Source: Thermoplasmata archaeon (GTDB taxonomy: Archaea > Thermoplasmatota > E2 > JACPAO01 > JAHFTW01). Taken from it: 64,000 bases of DNA. The notes beneath the pieces were generated by a model. It was not told the DNA's origin and searched no databases. It was given only the letters and a program-made list of their open reading frames with translations. The stretch covers positions 352,001 to 416,000 of the forward strand of contig JAXDQS010000003.1 of NCBI GenBank assembly GCA_034667725.1. The letters run 5' to 3'. The position numbers and the translations under genes are program-made. This document shows, piece by piece, positions 10,681 through 20,714 of the stretch (its first letter is position 1; each line of letters starts with the position of its first letter).

Positions 10681-11118
10681 TCACTTGTACGGCCCCCTGC
10701 CGAGCGAGGCCTCGTTCTGGCTGAGGCGGTCGGGCTTGTAGTCGAAGTCGCGCACGTAGGCGGCGGTCTCGAACTCCTTGCCCATGCGGATCGAGTCGGT
10801 GGGGCAGGCCTCCTCGCACAGCGAGCAGTACATGCACTTCGAGATCTCGACGGCGGGGAACTTCTTGCGCTTGTTCTGGGGCGTGTCGAAGCCGGGGTCG
10901 TAGTCGACCATGTAGCACGAGCCGTTGGGGCACGCTTGGGCGCAGAGGGTGCAGCCGATGCAGGTCTCGAGCTTGAGGTAGATGCGGCCGCGGAACCGGT
11001 CGGCGACGGGCCGCTTGTCCTCGGGGTACTCCACCGTCACGGGCTTCTTGAAGAAGTGCTGGAGGGTGACTCCCATGCCTTGCAGGATGGGGACGAGCGG
11101 GACCGGGTTGCGCACCAT
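10681..11118 (-). CDS. nuoI: Complex I-like subunit I (2x[4Fe-4S])
   Basis: CIGCTLCAQACP and CMYCSLCEEACP. Confidence 0.95.
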   Translation of the reverse strand: MVRNPVPLVPILQGMGVTLQHFFKKPVTVEYPEDKRPVADRFRGRIYLKLETCIGCTLCAQACPNGSCYMVDYDPGFDTPQNKRKKFPAVEISKCMYCSLCEEACPTDSIRMGKEFETAAYVRDFDYKPDRLSQNEASLGRGPYK

Positions 11119-11119
11119 T

Positions 11120-12187
11120 TCACATCACTCCGGCCTTGACCAGGACGGCAACGAGCACGAAGTTCACGATCGAGAGGGGCAGCATGACCTTCCAGGCGAC
11201 GCTGAGGTACTGGTCGACGCGGACGCGGGGCAGGGTGACCCAGACCCAGAAGACCACGAAGCACATGAGAAGCGACTTGCCGAGGAACCACAGCACCGGC
11301 GTGAAGGGGCCGAGGAAGGTGTCGAGGGCGGGGACGGTGGCGCTGAAGGGGGCGTGCCAGCCGCCGAGGTAGAGCATGGTGATCATCGCGGAGACGAAGA
11401 ACACGTTCGAGAACAGCACGACGAAGAACATGCCGAAGCGCATGGCGCCGTATTCGGTGGTGAAGCCGGCGACCAGCTCGGACTCGGACTCGGCGAGGTC
11501 GGTGGGGACCAGGCCGGCCTTGGCGAGGGCGGTGATGAAGAAGATGACGAAGCCGATGATCTGGGGCAGGAAGAACCAGAGGTGGCCTTCCTGGGCGTTG
11601 ACGATGTCGAGGGTGCTGAGGCTGCTGGTCTGCAGGATGATGGCGGCGACGGCGAACACCATCGGGATCTCGTAGCTGACGTCGAGGGCGGCCGCGCGGA
11701 CGCCGCCGTAGAGCGAGTACTTGTTGTTGGAGCCCCAGCCGGCGAGGATCTCCGCGAGGGGGGCGATGGCGCCCATGGCGAGCACGAGAAGGATGCCGGT
11801 GCCGACGTTGGCGAACACGACGTCGCCGGACCAGGGGATGGGCGCCCAGGCCATGACGGTGAAGACGACGGCGACGTAGAGCGCCGCGGTCCAGGCCATC
11901 TTGTCGACGCGGGCGGGGCGGACGTCCTCCTTGCTGATCAGCTTGGCGCCGTCGGCGAGGAACTGGAAGATGCCTTGGGGGCCGACGCGGTTGGGGCCGG
12001 GGCGTTGGCCCATGCGGGCGAAGATGCGGCGGAACGCGAAGGTGAAGATGCCGCCGATCGAGAGGACCACGGTGAACAGCAGGACGGCGCCGATGAGGCT
12101 GGCCACGACGATGACGAACCATTCGGGCGGGGATTGCCAGCCGAGCGCCTGGAGGAGGCCGATGATCCAGTCCGTGAGAACGCCCAT
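11120..12187 (-). CDS. nuoH: Complex I-like subunit H
   Basis: RPGPNRVGP, ADGAKLISKE, SNNKYSLYGG, DLAESESELVAGF. Confidence 0.96.
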   Translation of the reverse strand: MGVLTDWIIGLLQALGWQSPPEWFVIVVASLIGAVLLFTVVLSIGGIFTFAFRRIFARMGQRPGPNRVGPQGIFQFLADGAKLISKEDVRPARVDKMAWTAALYVAVVFTVMAWAPIPWSGDVVFANVGTGILLVLAMGAIAPLAEILAGWGSNNKYSLYGGVRAAALDVSYEIPMVFAVAAIILQTSSLSTLDIVNAQEGHLWFFLPQIIGFVIFFITALAKAGLVPTDLAESESELVAGFTTEYGAMRFGMFFVVLFSNVFFVSAMITMLYLGGWHAPFSATVPALDTFLGPFTPVLWFLGKSLLMCFVVFWVWVTLPRVRVDQYLSVAWKVMLPLSIVNFVLVAVLVKAGVM

Positions 12188-12192
12188 TCAGG

Positions 12193-13377
12193 TCACCTGT
12201 CCACGTCGCCGAGCACGATGTCGATGGAGCCCAAGGTCGCGATCATGTCCGCGATTTTCTGGCCGCGCGCCATGAGGGGGAGGACCTGGAGGTTGGCGAA
12301 CGAGGGGGCGCGCACGTGGACGCGCACCGGGTTCTGCTTGCCGTCGCCGATGACGTGGCAGCCGTACTCGCCCTTCGGGTGCTCGGTGCGCGAGTAGGCC
12401 TCGCCTTTGGCCTTGATGCGCAGGATCTTGCCGCCGGCGTAGTCGGGGTTGAGGTGGAGGCCGTCGAGGTCGCGCTTCTCGAGGCGGTCGAGCACTTGGT
12501 CGAGGATGCGGCACGACTGGACCATCTCGGCCCAGCGGAGCTGGAGGCGGCCGTAGCAGTCGGACTGGTGCGTGGTGGGCACCTCGAAGTTGAGCCGCTT
12601 GTAGATGGAGTAGGGCGCGACCTTGCGGAGGTCATGGGCGACGCCGGTGGCCCGCAGCATCGGGCCCGTGATGCCCCAGTCGAGCGCCTGGTCGCGGGTG
12701 AGGGGGCCGGTGCCGGTGAGGCGGGACAGGATGATGTCGTTCTTCTTCAGGAGCTTCTCGTACATCGCGACCTGGCCGGGCATCCGGCGCACGAAGTCGC
12801 GGACGCGGGGCAGGAAGGTCGGGTCCTGCGGCAGGTCGTACTTGACGCCGCCGAAGCGCATGTAGTTGAAGGTGAGGCGGGCGCCGCACAATTCCTCCAT
12901 GAAGCCGAGGATCTCCTCGCGCTCCCGGAGGGCGTAGAACAGGGGCGTGATGGCGCCCAGGTCCAGCATGAAGGTGCCCATCCAGAACAGGTGGTTGGCG
13001 AGGCGGTTCAGCTCGACCGCGAGGACGCGGATGTGCTCGGCGCGCTCGGAGACGATCTGCTCGTCGGGGCCGCCCAAAAGCTGCTCGACGGCCAGGACGT
13101 AGCCGTGGTTGTTGGCCATGGCCGAGATGTAGTCCATCCGGTCGGTGAGCGGGATGAACTTGATCCAGTGCATGCCCTCCGCGAGCTTCTCCGAGCCGCG
13201 GTGCAGGTAGCCCAGGACGGGTTCGACGTCGACGACGATCTCGCCGTCCAAGAGGAGCTTGAGGCGGAGCACGCCGTGGGTGGACGGGTGCTGGGGGCCC
13301 ATGTTGAGGGTCATGAGCTGCGCCGTTGGGGCCGAGCCGTCGGGCATCCTGGGGTTGTTGAAGTCGACCTGGCCCAT
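12193..13377 (-). CDS. nuoD: Complex I-like subunit D
   Basis: NMGPQHPSTHGVLRL, GYLHRGSEK, C-terminal DIVLGDVDR. Confidence 0.96.
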   Translation of the reverse strand: MGQVDFNNPRMPDGSAPTAQLMTLNMGPQHPSTHGVLRLKLLLDGEIVVDVEPVLGYLHRGSEKLAEGMHWIKFIPLTDRMDYISAMANNHGYVLAVEQLLGGPDEQIVSERAEHIRVLAVELNRLANHLFWMGTFMLDLGAITPLFYALREREEILGFMEELCGARLTFNYMRFGGVKYDLPQDPTFLPRVRDFVRRMPGQVAMYEKLLKKNDIILSRLTGTGPLTRDQALDWGITGPMLRATGVAHDLRKVAPYSIYKRLNFEVPTTHQSDCYGRLQLRWAEMVQSCRILDQVLDRLEKRDLDGLHLNPDYAGGKILRIKAKGEAYSRTEHPKGEYGCHVIGDGKQNPVRVHVRAPSFANLQVLPLMARGQKIADMIATLGSIDIVLGDVDR

Positions 13378-13404
13378 CACGCCACGCTCCTGCGGGCGGA
13401 TGGG

Positions 13405-13477
13405 ACCACGGATTGCACGGAGGTCACGGTTCCGTGGAATCCGTGCGATCCGTGGTTGGGCCCGGTGAAAGCGAAGC
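13405..13477. repeat. Imperfect palindrome of CACGGATnn nonamers (nuoC-nuoD spacer)
   Basis: ACCACGGATTGCACGGA...TCCGTGGAATCCGTGCGATCCGTGGTTGGGCC...GCGAAGC. Confidence 0.85.
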
Positions 13478-14092
13478 TCACCAGGCGCCCTCCTCGGGAT
13501 GCTTGACGGTGACGTCCTCGCCGTCGCGCAGGGCGACGTACTGCTCGGGCTCCTTGTTGTCCTTGCGCATGGGATGGCCGGTCCAGTCGGACGGAAGGAA
13601 CATGCGGCGCAGGTCGGGGTGGCCCTCGAACCGGATGCCGTACATGTCGAACATCTCGCGCTCCTGCCAGTCGGCGGCAGGGAACAGCGACACGAGGCTG
13701 GGGACGACCGGCTCGACGACGGCGTTGGTGGCGGCGTCCTTCTTGGGGACCGTCACCCGCAGGCGCAGCTCGGCGAACTCGGCGGGGGCGGCCGCGAGCT
13801 TGACGAAGGCGTACAGGACGCCGAAGTGGTCGCCGCGGTCGTAGCCGGAGAGCAGCGACAGGATGCGGTAGCCCATGGCCTTGGCCTCGGCGGCCACGGC
13901 GAACAGGCCGTCGGGCGAAACGTGCAGCACGCCCACGCCGTCCTGCAGCACCTCGTAGCGGACCACGTCGGGCGCGTGCGCGTCGCGCAGCATCGCGTGG
14001 TCGCCGGTGGGCTCGGGGGCGGGCGGGGGCGGCGGGGCGGCGGGCTTGGCCGCGGGCGGGGGGGCAGCGGCGGGGGCGGGGGTGTCGGCCAT
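13478..14092 (-). CDS. nuoC: Complex I-like subunit C with Pro/Ala-rich N-terminus
   Basis: [31 protein letters not shown]. Confidence 0.94.
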   Translation of the reverse strand: MADTPAPAAAPPPAAKPAAPPPPPAPEPTGDHAMLRDAHAPDVVRYEVLQDGVGVLHVSPDGLFAVAAEAKAMGYRILSLLSGYDRGDHFGVLYAFVKLAAAPAEFAELRLRVTVPKKDAATNAVVEPVVPSLVSLFPAADWQEREMFDMYGIRFEGHPDLRRMFLPSDWTGHPMRKDNKEPEQYVALRDGEDVTVKHPEEGAW

Positions 14093-14634
14093 CAGAACCC
14101 GAGCTCCAAGGCGTTGTTCTGGTCGCGGATTTTCGCCTGCAGCTTCTGGAGGCCGTCCAGGAGGGCCTCGGGGCGCGGCGGGCAGCCGGGGATGTAGACG
14201 TCGACGGGGATGATCTTGTCCACGCCCTTCACGACGAAGTAGGAGTCCTGGTAGGGGCCGCCGTTGGTGGCGCAAGCACCCATGGCGATGACGTACTTCG
14301 GGTCGGCCATCTGGTCGTAGAGGACCTTGATGCGGGGCGCCATCTTCTTGGTGACCGTGCCGGGGACGATCATGAGGTCGCATTGGCGGGGGCTGGCGCG
14401 GCTGACCTCGGAGCCGAAGCGGCTCATGTCGAAGGTGCTGCCCTGGGTGCCGATCATCTCGATGGCGCAGCAGGCCAGGCCGAAGGTGAAGGGCCAGAGC
14501 GAGTTGCTGCGGCCCCAGTTGAAGATCTTGGACGCCACCGTCATGATGACGCCCTCGCGCTGCTCCTCGACCACGATGGGGATGCGCTCGTCGAGGCGGG
14601 ACGGCTCGTAGGCGGGCACGTCCATGGCGTTCAT
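14092..14634 (-). CDS. nuoB: Complex I-like subunit B
   Basis: [32 protein letters not shown]. Confidence 0.96.
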   Translation of the reverse strand: MNAMDVPAYEPSRLDERIPIVVEEQREGVIMTVASKIFNWGRSNSLWPFTFGLACCAIEMIGTQGSTFDMSRFGSEVSRASPRQCDLMIVPGTVTKKMAPRIKVLYDQMADPKYVIAMGACATNGGPYQDSYFVVKGVDKIIPVDVYIPGCPPRPEALLDGLQKLQAKIRDQNNALELGF

Positions 14635-14975
14635 TCGAGCACCCGCCAGCCCAGTAGCTTCTTGCGGATTTCGTAGAGGAACCCGACCAGGATCAAGGAG
14701 ACGAAGACGGCGATGGCGAGGATGGGGGCCCAGCCGAGGTCGCGGAACTTGATCGCGAACGGGATGAGGAACATCGCCTCGACGTCGAAGATGAGGAACG
14801 TCAGGACGTACATGTAGTACTGGACGTCGATGGGGCCGCGGGCGCCGGGGGTCGCCTTCTCGCCGCACTCGTAGGTGCTGACCTTGCCCACCGACGCGCG
14901 CTTGGGGCCGAGGAACTTGTTGCCCACCAGGGTGAGGAACACCAGGAGGAACGCGACAAGGCCGAGGATGGCCAT
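14631..14975 (-). CDS. nuoA: Complex I-like subunit A (true start may be upstream and non-ATG)
   Basis: [19 protein letters not shown]. Confidence 0.92.
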   Translation of the reverse strand: MAILGLVAFLLVFLTLVGNKFLGPKRASVGKVSTYECGEKATPGARGPIDVQYYMYVLTFLIFDVEAMFLIPFAIKFRDLGWAPILAIAVFVSLILVGFLYEIRKKLLGWRVLE

Positions 14976-15087
14976 CGGCAGGTACGTCAGGGCCTCGTTC
15001 GCCGTATTTGAACCCCCTTCGGGCGCGGCCAAAGTGGGGTGGGTTATAGCCGCTTGGATGGCGTGTTTCCAGAGGAAGGACACGTTC

Positions 15088-16161
15088 ATGGACGGCGGCG
15101 GCGTCGGCGCCGCGATGGCCGACCCGCTCGCATCGAGGCTGCGCGCGGCCATCCGCCAGCAAGGCCCCATGCCGTTCTCCGCGTGGATGGAAGCCTGCCT
15201 GCACGACCCCGCCGACGGCTTCTACACCCGCGGCGGCGTGACCGGCTCCGGGCCCGACCGGCACTTCACCACCAGCCCGGCCTTGCACCCGTTCTTCGGC
15301 GCGGCCGTCGCCATGGAGGCCGCCGCCGCGTGGCGCGCGCTTGGCCAGCCCGACCCGTTCGAGGTGGTCGAGTTCGGCGGCGGCGAGGGCGGGCTGGCCC
15401 GCGCGGCGCTCGCCTGGCTGGACGCGCACGAGCCCGCCCTGGCCGCCCGGACGCGCTGGCTGCACGCGGAGCGCAGCCCGGCGCACAGGGCGATGCAGGC
15501 GGCCGGCGGCGACCCGCGCGTGGGCGCCGGCGACGGCGGCGTGGCCGGCCGGAGCGTGTTCGTGGTGGCCAACGAGTTCGTGGACGCGCTGCCGTTCGAG
15601 TGGCTGGAGCGCGCGGCCGACGGCGCGGGCTGGTCGCGCGTCTGCGTCGGCGTGGGCGCGGACGGCGGCTTCCGCGAGGCGCTGGAGCCGTGCCCGCCGC
15701 CCGGCGTGCCCAACGTGGCGCCGGGGACGCGGTGCGCCGTGATGCGGGAGGCGGCCCGTTGGCTGGAAGGGTTGGCGCAGGCGCGGCGCGTGGTGGCGCT
15801 GGTGGTGGACTACGGCGAGCGCGGCCAGCGGCTATGGGACGGGTCGCGGCCGGACGGGACCGTGCGCGGCTACCGCGGCCACGCCTTCGCGCCGGTGCTT
15901 GCGGCGCCGGGGGAGGCCGACATCACGGCGTCGGTGGACTTCTCGTTCCTGCGCCAGGCGGCGGAGGCGGCGGGGCTGGCCGAGGCGTCGTTCGAGACGC
16001 AGGAGGCGTTCCTGCTGCGGCACGGCATCCTGGATGAATTGAACCGGACGGAGCGCGCCACGATGGAGGGGGCGTCGTCCTACCTGCGGCTGCGCCAGCT
16101 GCTATTGCCGACCGGGATGGGGACGGCGTTCAAGGTGGCGCGGTACGTCAAGCAGACCTAG
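15088..16161 (+). CDS. SAM-dependent methyltransferase, MidA/NDUFAF7 (DUF185) family
   Basis: [61 protein letters not shown]; alternative start 15115. Confidence 0.9.
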   Translation: MDGGGVGAAMADPLASRLRAAIRQQGPMPFSAWMEACLHDPADGFYTRGGVTGSGPDRHFTTSPALHPFFGAAVAMEAAAAWRALGQPDPFEVVEFGGGEGGLARAALAWLDAHEPALAARTRWLHAERSPAHRAMQAAGGDPRVGAGDGGVAGRSVFVVANEFVDALPFEWLERAADGAGWSRVCVGVGADGGFREALEPCPPPGVPNVAPGTRCAVMREAARWLEGLAQARRVVALVVDYGERGQRLWDGSRPDGTVRGYRGHAFAPVLAAPGEADITASVDFSFLRQAAEAAGLAEASFETQEAFLLRHGILDELNRTERATMEGASSYLRLRQLLLPTGMGTAFKVARYVKQT

Positions 16162-16173
16162 GCGGAAAGGGTG

Positions 16174-16274
16174 CGCCGTCAGGCGCCGCCGCTGGCCGAA
16201 GGCCGCGGCGATGCGTGGGTCGGCCGCGGAGCGGTGCCGACCCGCGAAGGGGTCCTAGGGGGCGGAGCCCCCTA
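16174..16274. repeat. Cluster of GC-rich hairpins between convergent genes (REP-like/terminator)
   Basis: CGCCGCTGGCC-GAA-GGCCGCGGCG; GGGTCGGCCGC-GGA-GCGGTGCCGACCC; CTAGGGGGC-GGA-GCCCCCTAG. Confidence 0.6.
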
Positions 16275-16688
16275 GACTGGAATCAGTTGCCGCACCTTGT
16301 AGTGCATCCGCTGGCACAATTTCTCCAGCTTGTGCCGCAGCTGGGCGAAGTCGAAGTCCACCTTGTCGTAGGTGAGCTTCAAGAGTTGCGACTGGCGCTC
16401 GTAGGCCGTGCGCTCCCAGATGGTGCCGACGCGGTAGGCTTCGTCGCGGGGCCGCAGGTCGGGGGCCAGCTCGACCGTGTCGGAGGCGCCGCGCTCGAAC
16501 AGGGTCTCGTGGACGAGGACGGTGCGGTCGGGCTCGTCCACCTCGAACTGGAGGCGGTAGCGCAGCAGGCGGAGGTGGCCGGCCTCGCGTTGCGCCACCG
16601 TCCACTCGGCGGTGAGGCGGTCCTTGTCCCGCCGCGGCTCGGCGCCGCAGGCTTGGGCCCAATCGGCAAGCGCGGACCAGACGTCCAT
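16272..16688 (-). CDS. Hypothetical protein (138 aa)
   Basis: Host-like codon bias; fills the gap between genes. Confidence 0.75.
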   Translation of the reverse strand: MDVWSALADWAQACGAEPRRDKDRLTAEWTVAQREAGHLRLLRYRLQFEVDEPDRTVLVHETLFERGASDTVELAPDLRPRDEAYRVGTIWERTAYERQSQLLKLTYDKVDFDFAQLRHKLEKLCQRMHYKVRQLIPV

Positions 16689-16793
16689 GGCGAGAGCGTT
16701 GTTTCTTCGGGGTGGTTGATATTGGTTCCGGCGCAGGGGTGGAACGGCCGAACCAAAAGCGAAGGAAGGAGGGGAAAAAGGGGGCTGGCGGGC

Positions 16794-17540
16794 TCAGGCG
16801 CCGTAGAGGGCGCGGATGCCCAGGATGTCGCCGTCGCCCAAGGTGCGCTTCATGGTCTCGCCGTTGTTGGCGTAGGCGTACATCGTGAGGCAGCCGATGC
16901 CGGACCCGCTCGGGTGGTCGAGGCCGAAGGTGTGGCCGACCTCGTGGGTGGCGATGTTCAGGACGTCCATGGCGCCGGCGCGGCCGTCGGTGGCCCACGT
17001 GTAGTAGGTGTTGTACTGCCCGTCCGACTCGACGGCCTGGCCGGTGAAGCGGTTGTACCAGGTCGTGGTCACGGCGATGGTGGTCGAGGCGCCGAGCGAC
17101 ACGAAGTCGAGCTGGTTGGCGCCGTCGTAGGTGCCGGCGGCGCCGCGGGAGCCGGAGGTGATGCCGCCGAAGATGGCGGCGCCGGTGGCGGCGTCCCAGG
17201 CCTGGCCGGCCGCGTTGAACAGGCTGGCCTGCGACGAGGCGGTGGCGGAGTAGGGGGAGCTCCACTTCCACGGGGCCGCGCGGTAGCTGGTCGAGGCGCA
17301 GTCGGTGCCGGGGCTGCCACCTCCGCCGCCGGGCTTGGCCTTGGCGCCGGCGTGGTGGTACACGCGCTCGAAGGCGATGGCGTCGTTGTCGGTGCGGAGG
17401 CCGGTCTCCCACGCCAGCCGGCCGTCGCCGTCGAAGGCCTGGTCGGTGACGCGGTCGGAGCCGCGGCCTTCAGGGGGGACGGCGCCGACGGGGAGGGCGA
17501 TCGCGAGGGCAAAGAGCAATGCAAGCAGGGTCGCGCGCAT
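16794..17540 (-). CDS. Secreted matrixin-like (M10) zinc metalloprotease
   Basis: Signal peptide MRATLL...; HEVGHTFGLDH zinc motif plus Met-turn (LTMY). Confidence 0.9.
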   Translation of the reverse strand: MRATLLALLFALAIALPVGAVPPEGRGSDRVTDQAFDGDGRLAWETGLRTDNDAIAFERVYHHAGAKAKPGGGGGSPGTDCASTSYRAAPWKWSSPYSATASSQASLFNAAGQAWDAATGAAIFGGITSGSRGAAGTYDGANQLDFVSLGASTTIAVTTTWYNRFTGQAVESDGQYNTYYTWATDGRAGAMDVLNIATHEVGHTFGLDHPSGSGIGCLTMYAYANNGETMKRTLGDGDILGIRALYGA

Positions 17541-17633
17541 CTGGGCCGGCACGGACAAGGTTGGTGCAAGGGCGTGGCGGTGGCGGCAACGCCCAAGTGG
17601 GCCCATGCGCCCGGTTTGGCTGCCCAGTTCTGT

Positions 17634-18803
17634 TCAAGGCGCCGGCGTGAAGCGGCCGACTTGGTATTGCGCCGACTTGATGGAGGGGTCCACGAGCGCG
17701 TAGGCAGGCGCCAGCGCCGCGTCCAGGGTCGGGTCGCCGGAGCGCACGAGGGCGGTGGGCAGTGGGTCGCCGGTCTCGGGCGTGTAGGTCCCCGTGAGCA
17801 CCGGCTGGGCCGTGGCCGCGATGGTCTTGGCGACTATCTTGAGCACCAGCTCCTTGCCGGCGGACTGGTGGTCGGGCAGGCCGAGGCCGTTGATGCCGTT
17901 CGGGTAGAGCCCGGGCGCGCCGGGGTCGGGCGTGCGGAACGTGCCGCGGAAGGGAACGGCGTACATCGTGACCGGGATGCCCTGCGCGGCCAGCGTCGCC
18001 TGGAGCTGGGTGCCGTGGTCCGGCGGGACGATGGGGTCGGCGGCCTCGTAGAGCAGGTAGGCGCGGGCCAGGCCGGCGCCGGCCCAGGCCGTCGGGTTGA
18101 GCGCCGGCGACGACGCGACCAGGTCGGCCTCGCGGCCGGCGTAGGCGGCGGCCACGGCGTTCACCAGCGTGATGCCGGCGAGGCAGGCGTTGTTGGAGGT
18201 GGTGACGGTGGGGTCCTTGCACGGGTCGGGCGCCAGCGGGGCGGTGGCCTCGCTCCAGCCGTAGCTCGCGCCGTACACGACGCCGCCGGGCACGAGGGTG
18301 GCGAGCAGCTCGGGGATGTTGCTGGGGCCGACGTCATCGACCAGGTAGTCGGCGAGGCCCGGGTTCTGCATGATGGCCAGCGCGGAGATGTGGCCACCCA
18401 TCGAGGTGCCCCACAGCACGACGCGCGTCAGGTTGGGGCATTGGGCCTGGAAGTCGTGCACGGCGGCGGCCACGTCCTGGGCGCCAGTGAACACCTTGTA
18501 TTCTGTGCTAAGGCCACGGTAGTCCATCGCGACCGCGACGGCGCCGGCGCGCGACAGGGTGGTGAGGGTGCTGCCCATGGTGGATGCCTTGCCGCCGTAG
18601 CCGTGGTTGACCAGGACGAGGGTGTCGCCCAGGTTGGTGGGCCAGGCGTAGAGGCCGGCGGCGGACTGGCCTGCGACCTCCACGTCGTAGGGCTGGGCGA
18701 CGTTGGAGCCGACGCCGAAGCAGCTGACGGCGGTCGAGGCCGACGAGGGCGGAGCGAGCAAGGGCGCAAGTGCTAGCACGGCAAGGATGGGAGCGAACCG
18801 CAT
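17634..18803 (-). CDS. Secreted alpha/beta hydrolase
   Basis: Signal peptide; NHGYGG, GTSMGG nucleophile elbow, DPIVPP. Confidence 0.85.
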   Translation of the reverse strand: MRFAPILAVLALAPLLAPPSSASTAVSCFGVGSNVAQPYDVEVAGQSAAGLYAWPTNLGDTLVLVNHGYGGKASTMGSTLTTLSRAGAVAVAMDYRGLSTEYKVFTGAQDVAAAVHDFQAQCPNLTRVVLWGTSMGGHISALAIMQNPGLADYLVDDVGPSNIPELLATLVPGGVVYGASYGWSEATAPLAPDPCKDPTVTTSNNACLAGITLVNAVAAAYAGREADLVASSPALNPTAWAGAGLARAYLLYEAADPIVPPDHGTQLQATLAAQGIPVTMYAVPFRGTFRTPDPGAPGLYPNGINGLGLPDHQSAGKELVLKIVAKTIAATAQPVLTGTYTPETGDPLPTALVRSGDPTLDAALAPAYALVDPSIKSAQYQVGRFTPAP

Positions 18804-18859
18804 CGCGCGGCAAGGCGGACACCCTCGGAATAAGGATGAGTGGACGTTCTTGTCCATTC

Positions 18860-20608
18860 TCACCAAGCGTACACGACGCTCGTGGCCGTGGCGCCCTGGC
18901 CCGACACTGCCGTGAACACGACCTGCGTCCCCTTGGGCGCGTTGACGCTGCGGGCCCAGGTGCCCCAGTCGGTGCGGGGCAGGTCGTAGGCCGTGGCGCC
19001 GACCGTCGCCGTCACCTTGGCGACCGGCTCGCTGGCGGACACGGTGACCTCGACCCACCAGGCGTTGCCCATCCCCTTGGGCGTGAAGGTGGGCGCGAAC
19101 GGCCCGGCCGGCGCGGGCGCGGGCGCGGGCCCGAGCCACGCCATGGGCTCCGACGCCGCGGCCTGGCCTTGGGCGTTGGCCGCCGTGAACGCCATCATGG
19201 TGCCGCGCACGGCGTGGAAGCTCGCGGCCCACGTGCCCCAGCTGGTCTTCGCGAGCGCGTGGACGACGCCGTCCGCGACGGCGTCCACGCGCACGGGGTC
19301 GCCGCCTTGCACCCGGACGTCCACCCACCACTCGTTGGAGCCGGAGGACACGGTGAAGGCGGGCGGCCAGCCCGTCGTGCCGCCCACGGCCACCGTGCCC
19401 GGGCAGGTCCGGGCGAGCAGGCGGTCGGCGCGCACCAGGCCATGGCCGTAGGTGTCGTCGCGGCCGGCGGCCCCCAGGTCCTCGGCGCTTGCCTGCAGGT
19501 GGCCGACGAGGGTCGCGGCGTCGAGCGTGGGCGCGCACGCCAGCGCGAGCGCCACGGCGCCGGCCACGTGCGGCGCGGAGTAGCTGGTGCCGCCGCCGGA
19601 GCCGTAAGCGCTGCCGGGCCGCAGCACGTCGATGTTCACGCCGGGGGCGACGAAGTCGAGCTGCGGGCCGCGGTTCGACCACGACGCCACCGTCTTGCTG
19701 GCGTCCACGGCGCCGATGGCGAGGGCGTTCGGGTCGGAGGCGGGGTACTTGATGCCGACCTGGCCGTTGTTGCCGGAGCCGGCCACGACCACGACGCCGC
19801 GGTCGCGGGCGTACTTGATGGCGGCCGCCGTCGTCGAGTCGCTGGAGGTGGCGGCCAGGCTGAGGTTGATCACCTTGGCACCTTGGTCGGTGGCGTCCGT
19901 GACGGCGCGCGCCACGTTGGCCATCGAGCCGGTGCAGGCGCCCGTCGACGCGTCCCGGGCCGTCACCTTGAGCGGCAGCAGCGTGGCTTGGGCGATGCCG
20001 GCCAGCCCGACGCCGTTGTTGGTGGTCGCCGCCACGATGCCGGCCACCGCGGTGCCGTGGCCGCAGTCGTCCTCCGGCGTGCCGTCGCGGTGGACGTAGT
20101 CGTAGCCGACCAGCACGCGCGACGCCGCCAGATCCGGGTGGGCCCGGTCGAGGCCGGAGTCGATCACCGCCACCTTGACGCTGGCCGCGCCGTAGCCCGC
20201 GCCGCCGTCCCAGGCCGCGGGGACGCCCATCAAGCGCGGCCCGTACTGGTTCGGGTAGCGCGGGTCGTTGGGGGTCGCAAGGGCCTCCGCGACCCCGTCC
20301 GGCTCGGCGTAGCGCACCTCCGGGCGCTCCTGGAGGTCGCGGCGCGCGGCGGCCGGGTCGGCGTCGCGGTCCAGCTCGACCACGACGGCGTCGAGGGCAG
20401 GCAGGGCCGCAACGACGCGGTGGCCGTGCAGCGTGCCGCCCTCGGCCACCATGGCGTGGCGCTGCAGGCCGACCACCAGAAGGGCGGAAGGGGCGTCTGG
20501 GCGGGCCCGGCCTGCGTCGTCCTGGGGATGGACCGCGACCGCGACCAGCGAGGCCGCCAGCAGCATCCCGACCCAGACCGCCCCCTCGCCCCGACGCACA
20601 GCTGCCAT
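18860..20608 (-). CDS. Secreted subtilisin-like S8 protease with two C-terminal Trp-rich domains
   Basis: VAVIDSG, GHGTAVAG, GGTSYSAPHVAG catalytic triad. Confidence 0.93.
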   Translation of the reverse strand: MAAVRRGEGAVWVGMLLAASLVAVAVHPQDDAGRARPDAPSALLVVGLQRHAMVAEGGTLHGHRVVAALPALDAVVVELDRDADPAAARRDLQERPEVRYAEPDGVAEALATPNDPRYPNQYGPRLMGVPAAWDGGAGYGAASVKVAVIDSGLDRAHPDLAASRVLVGYDYVHRDGTPEDDCGHGTAVAGIVAATTNNGVGLAGIAQATLLPLKVTARDASTGACTGSMANVARAVTDATDQGAKVINLSLAATSSDSTTAAAIKYARDRGVVVVAGSGNNGQVGIKYPASDPNALAIGAVDASKTVASWSNRGPQLDFVAPGVNIDVLRPGSAYGSGGGTSYSAPHVAGAVALALACAPTLDAATLVGHLQASAEDLGAAGRDDTYGHGLVRADRLLARTCPGTVAVGGTTGWPPAFTVSSGSNEWWVDVRVQGGDPVRVDAVADGVVHALAKTSWGTWAASFHAVRGTMMAFTAANAQGQAAASEPMAWLGPAPAPAPAGPFAPTFTPKGMGNAWWVEVTVSASEPVAKVTATVGATAYDLPRTDWGTWARSVNAPKGTQVVFTAVSGQGATATSVVYAW

Positions 20609-20714
20609 TGGCCCGCCCAGGTCCAAGCCACGCCGCTCCGGGCGGCCGAAGGGTGGCCCCCGGGAAGCCCGGCCGCCTTCGGGATGGGTCCGTGGAACCG
20701 GCGGGTCAGCAGCT

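Noticed and set aside
12193-14634. Group 4 [NiFe] hydrogenase
   Set aside because: The large subunit lacks both CxxC Ni-binding motifs and ends DVDR like NuoD
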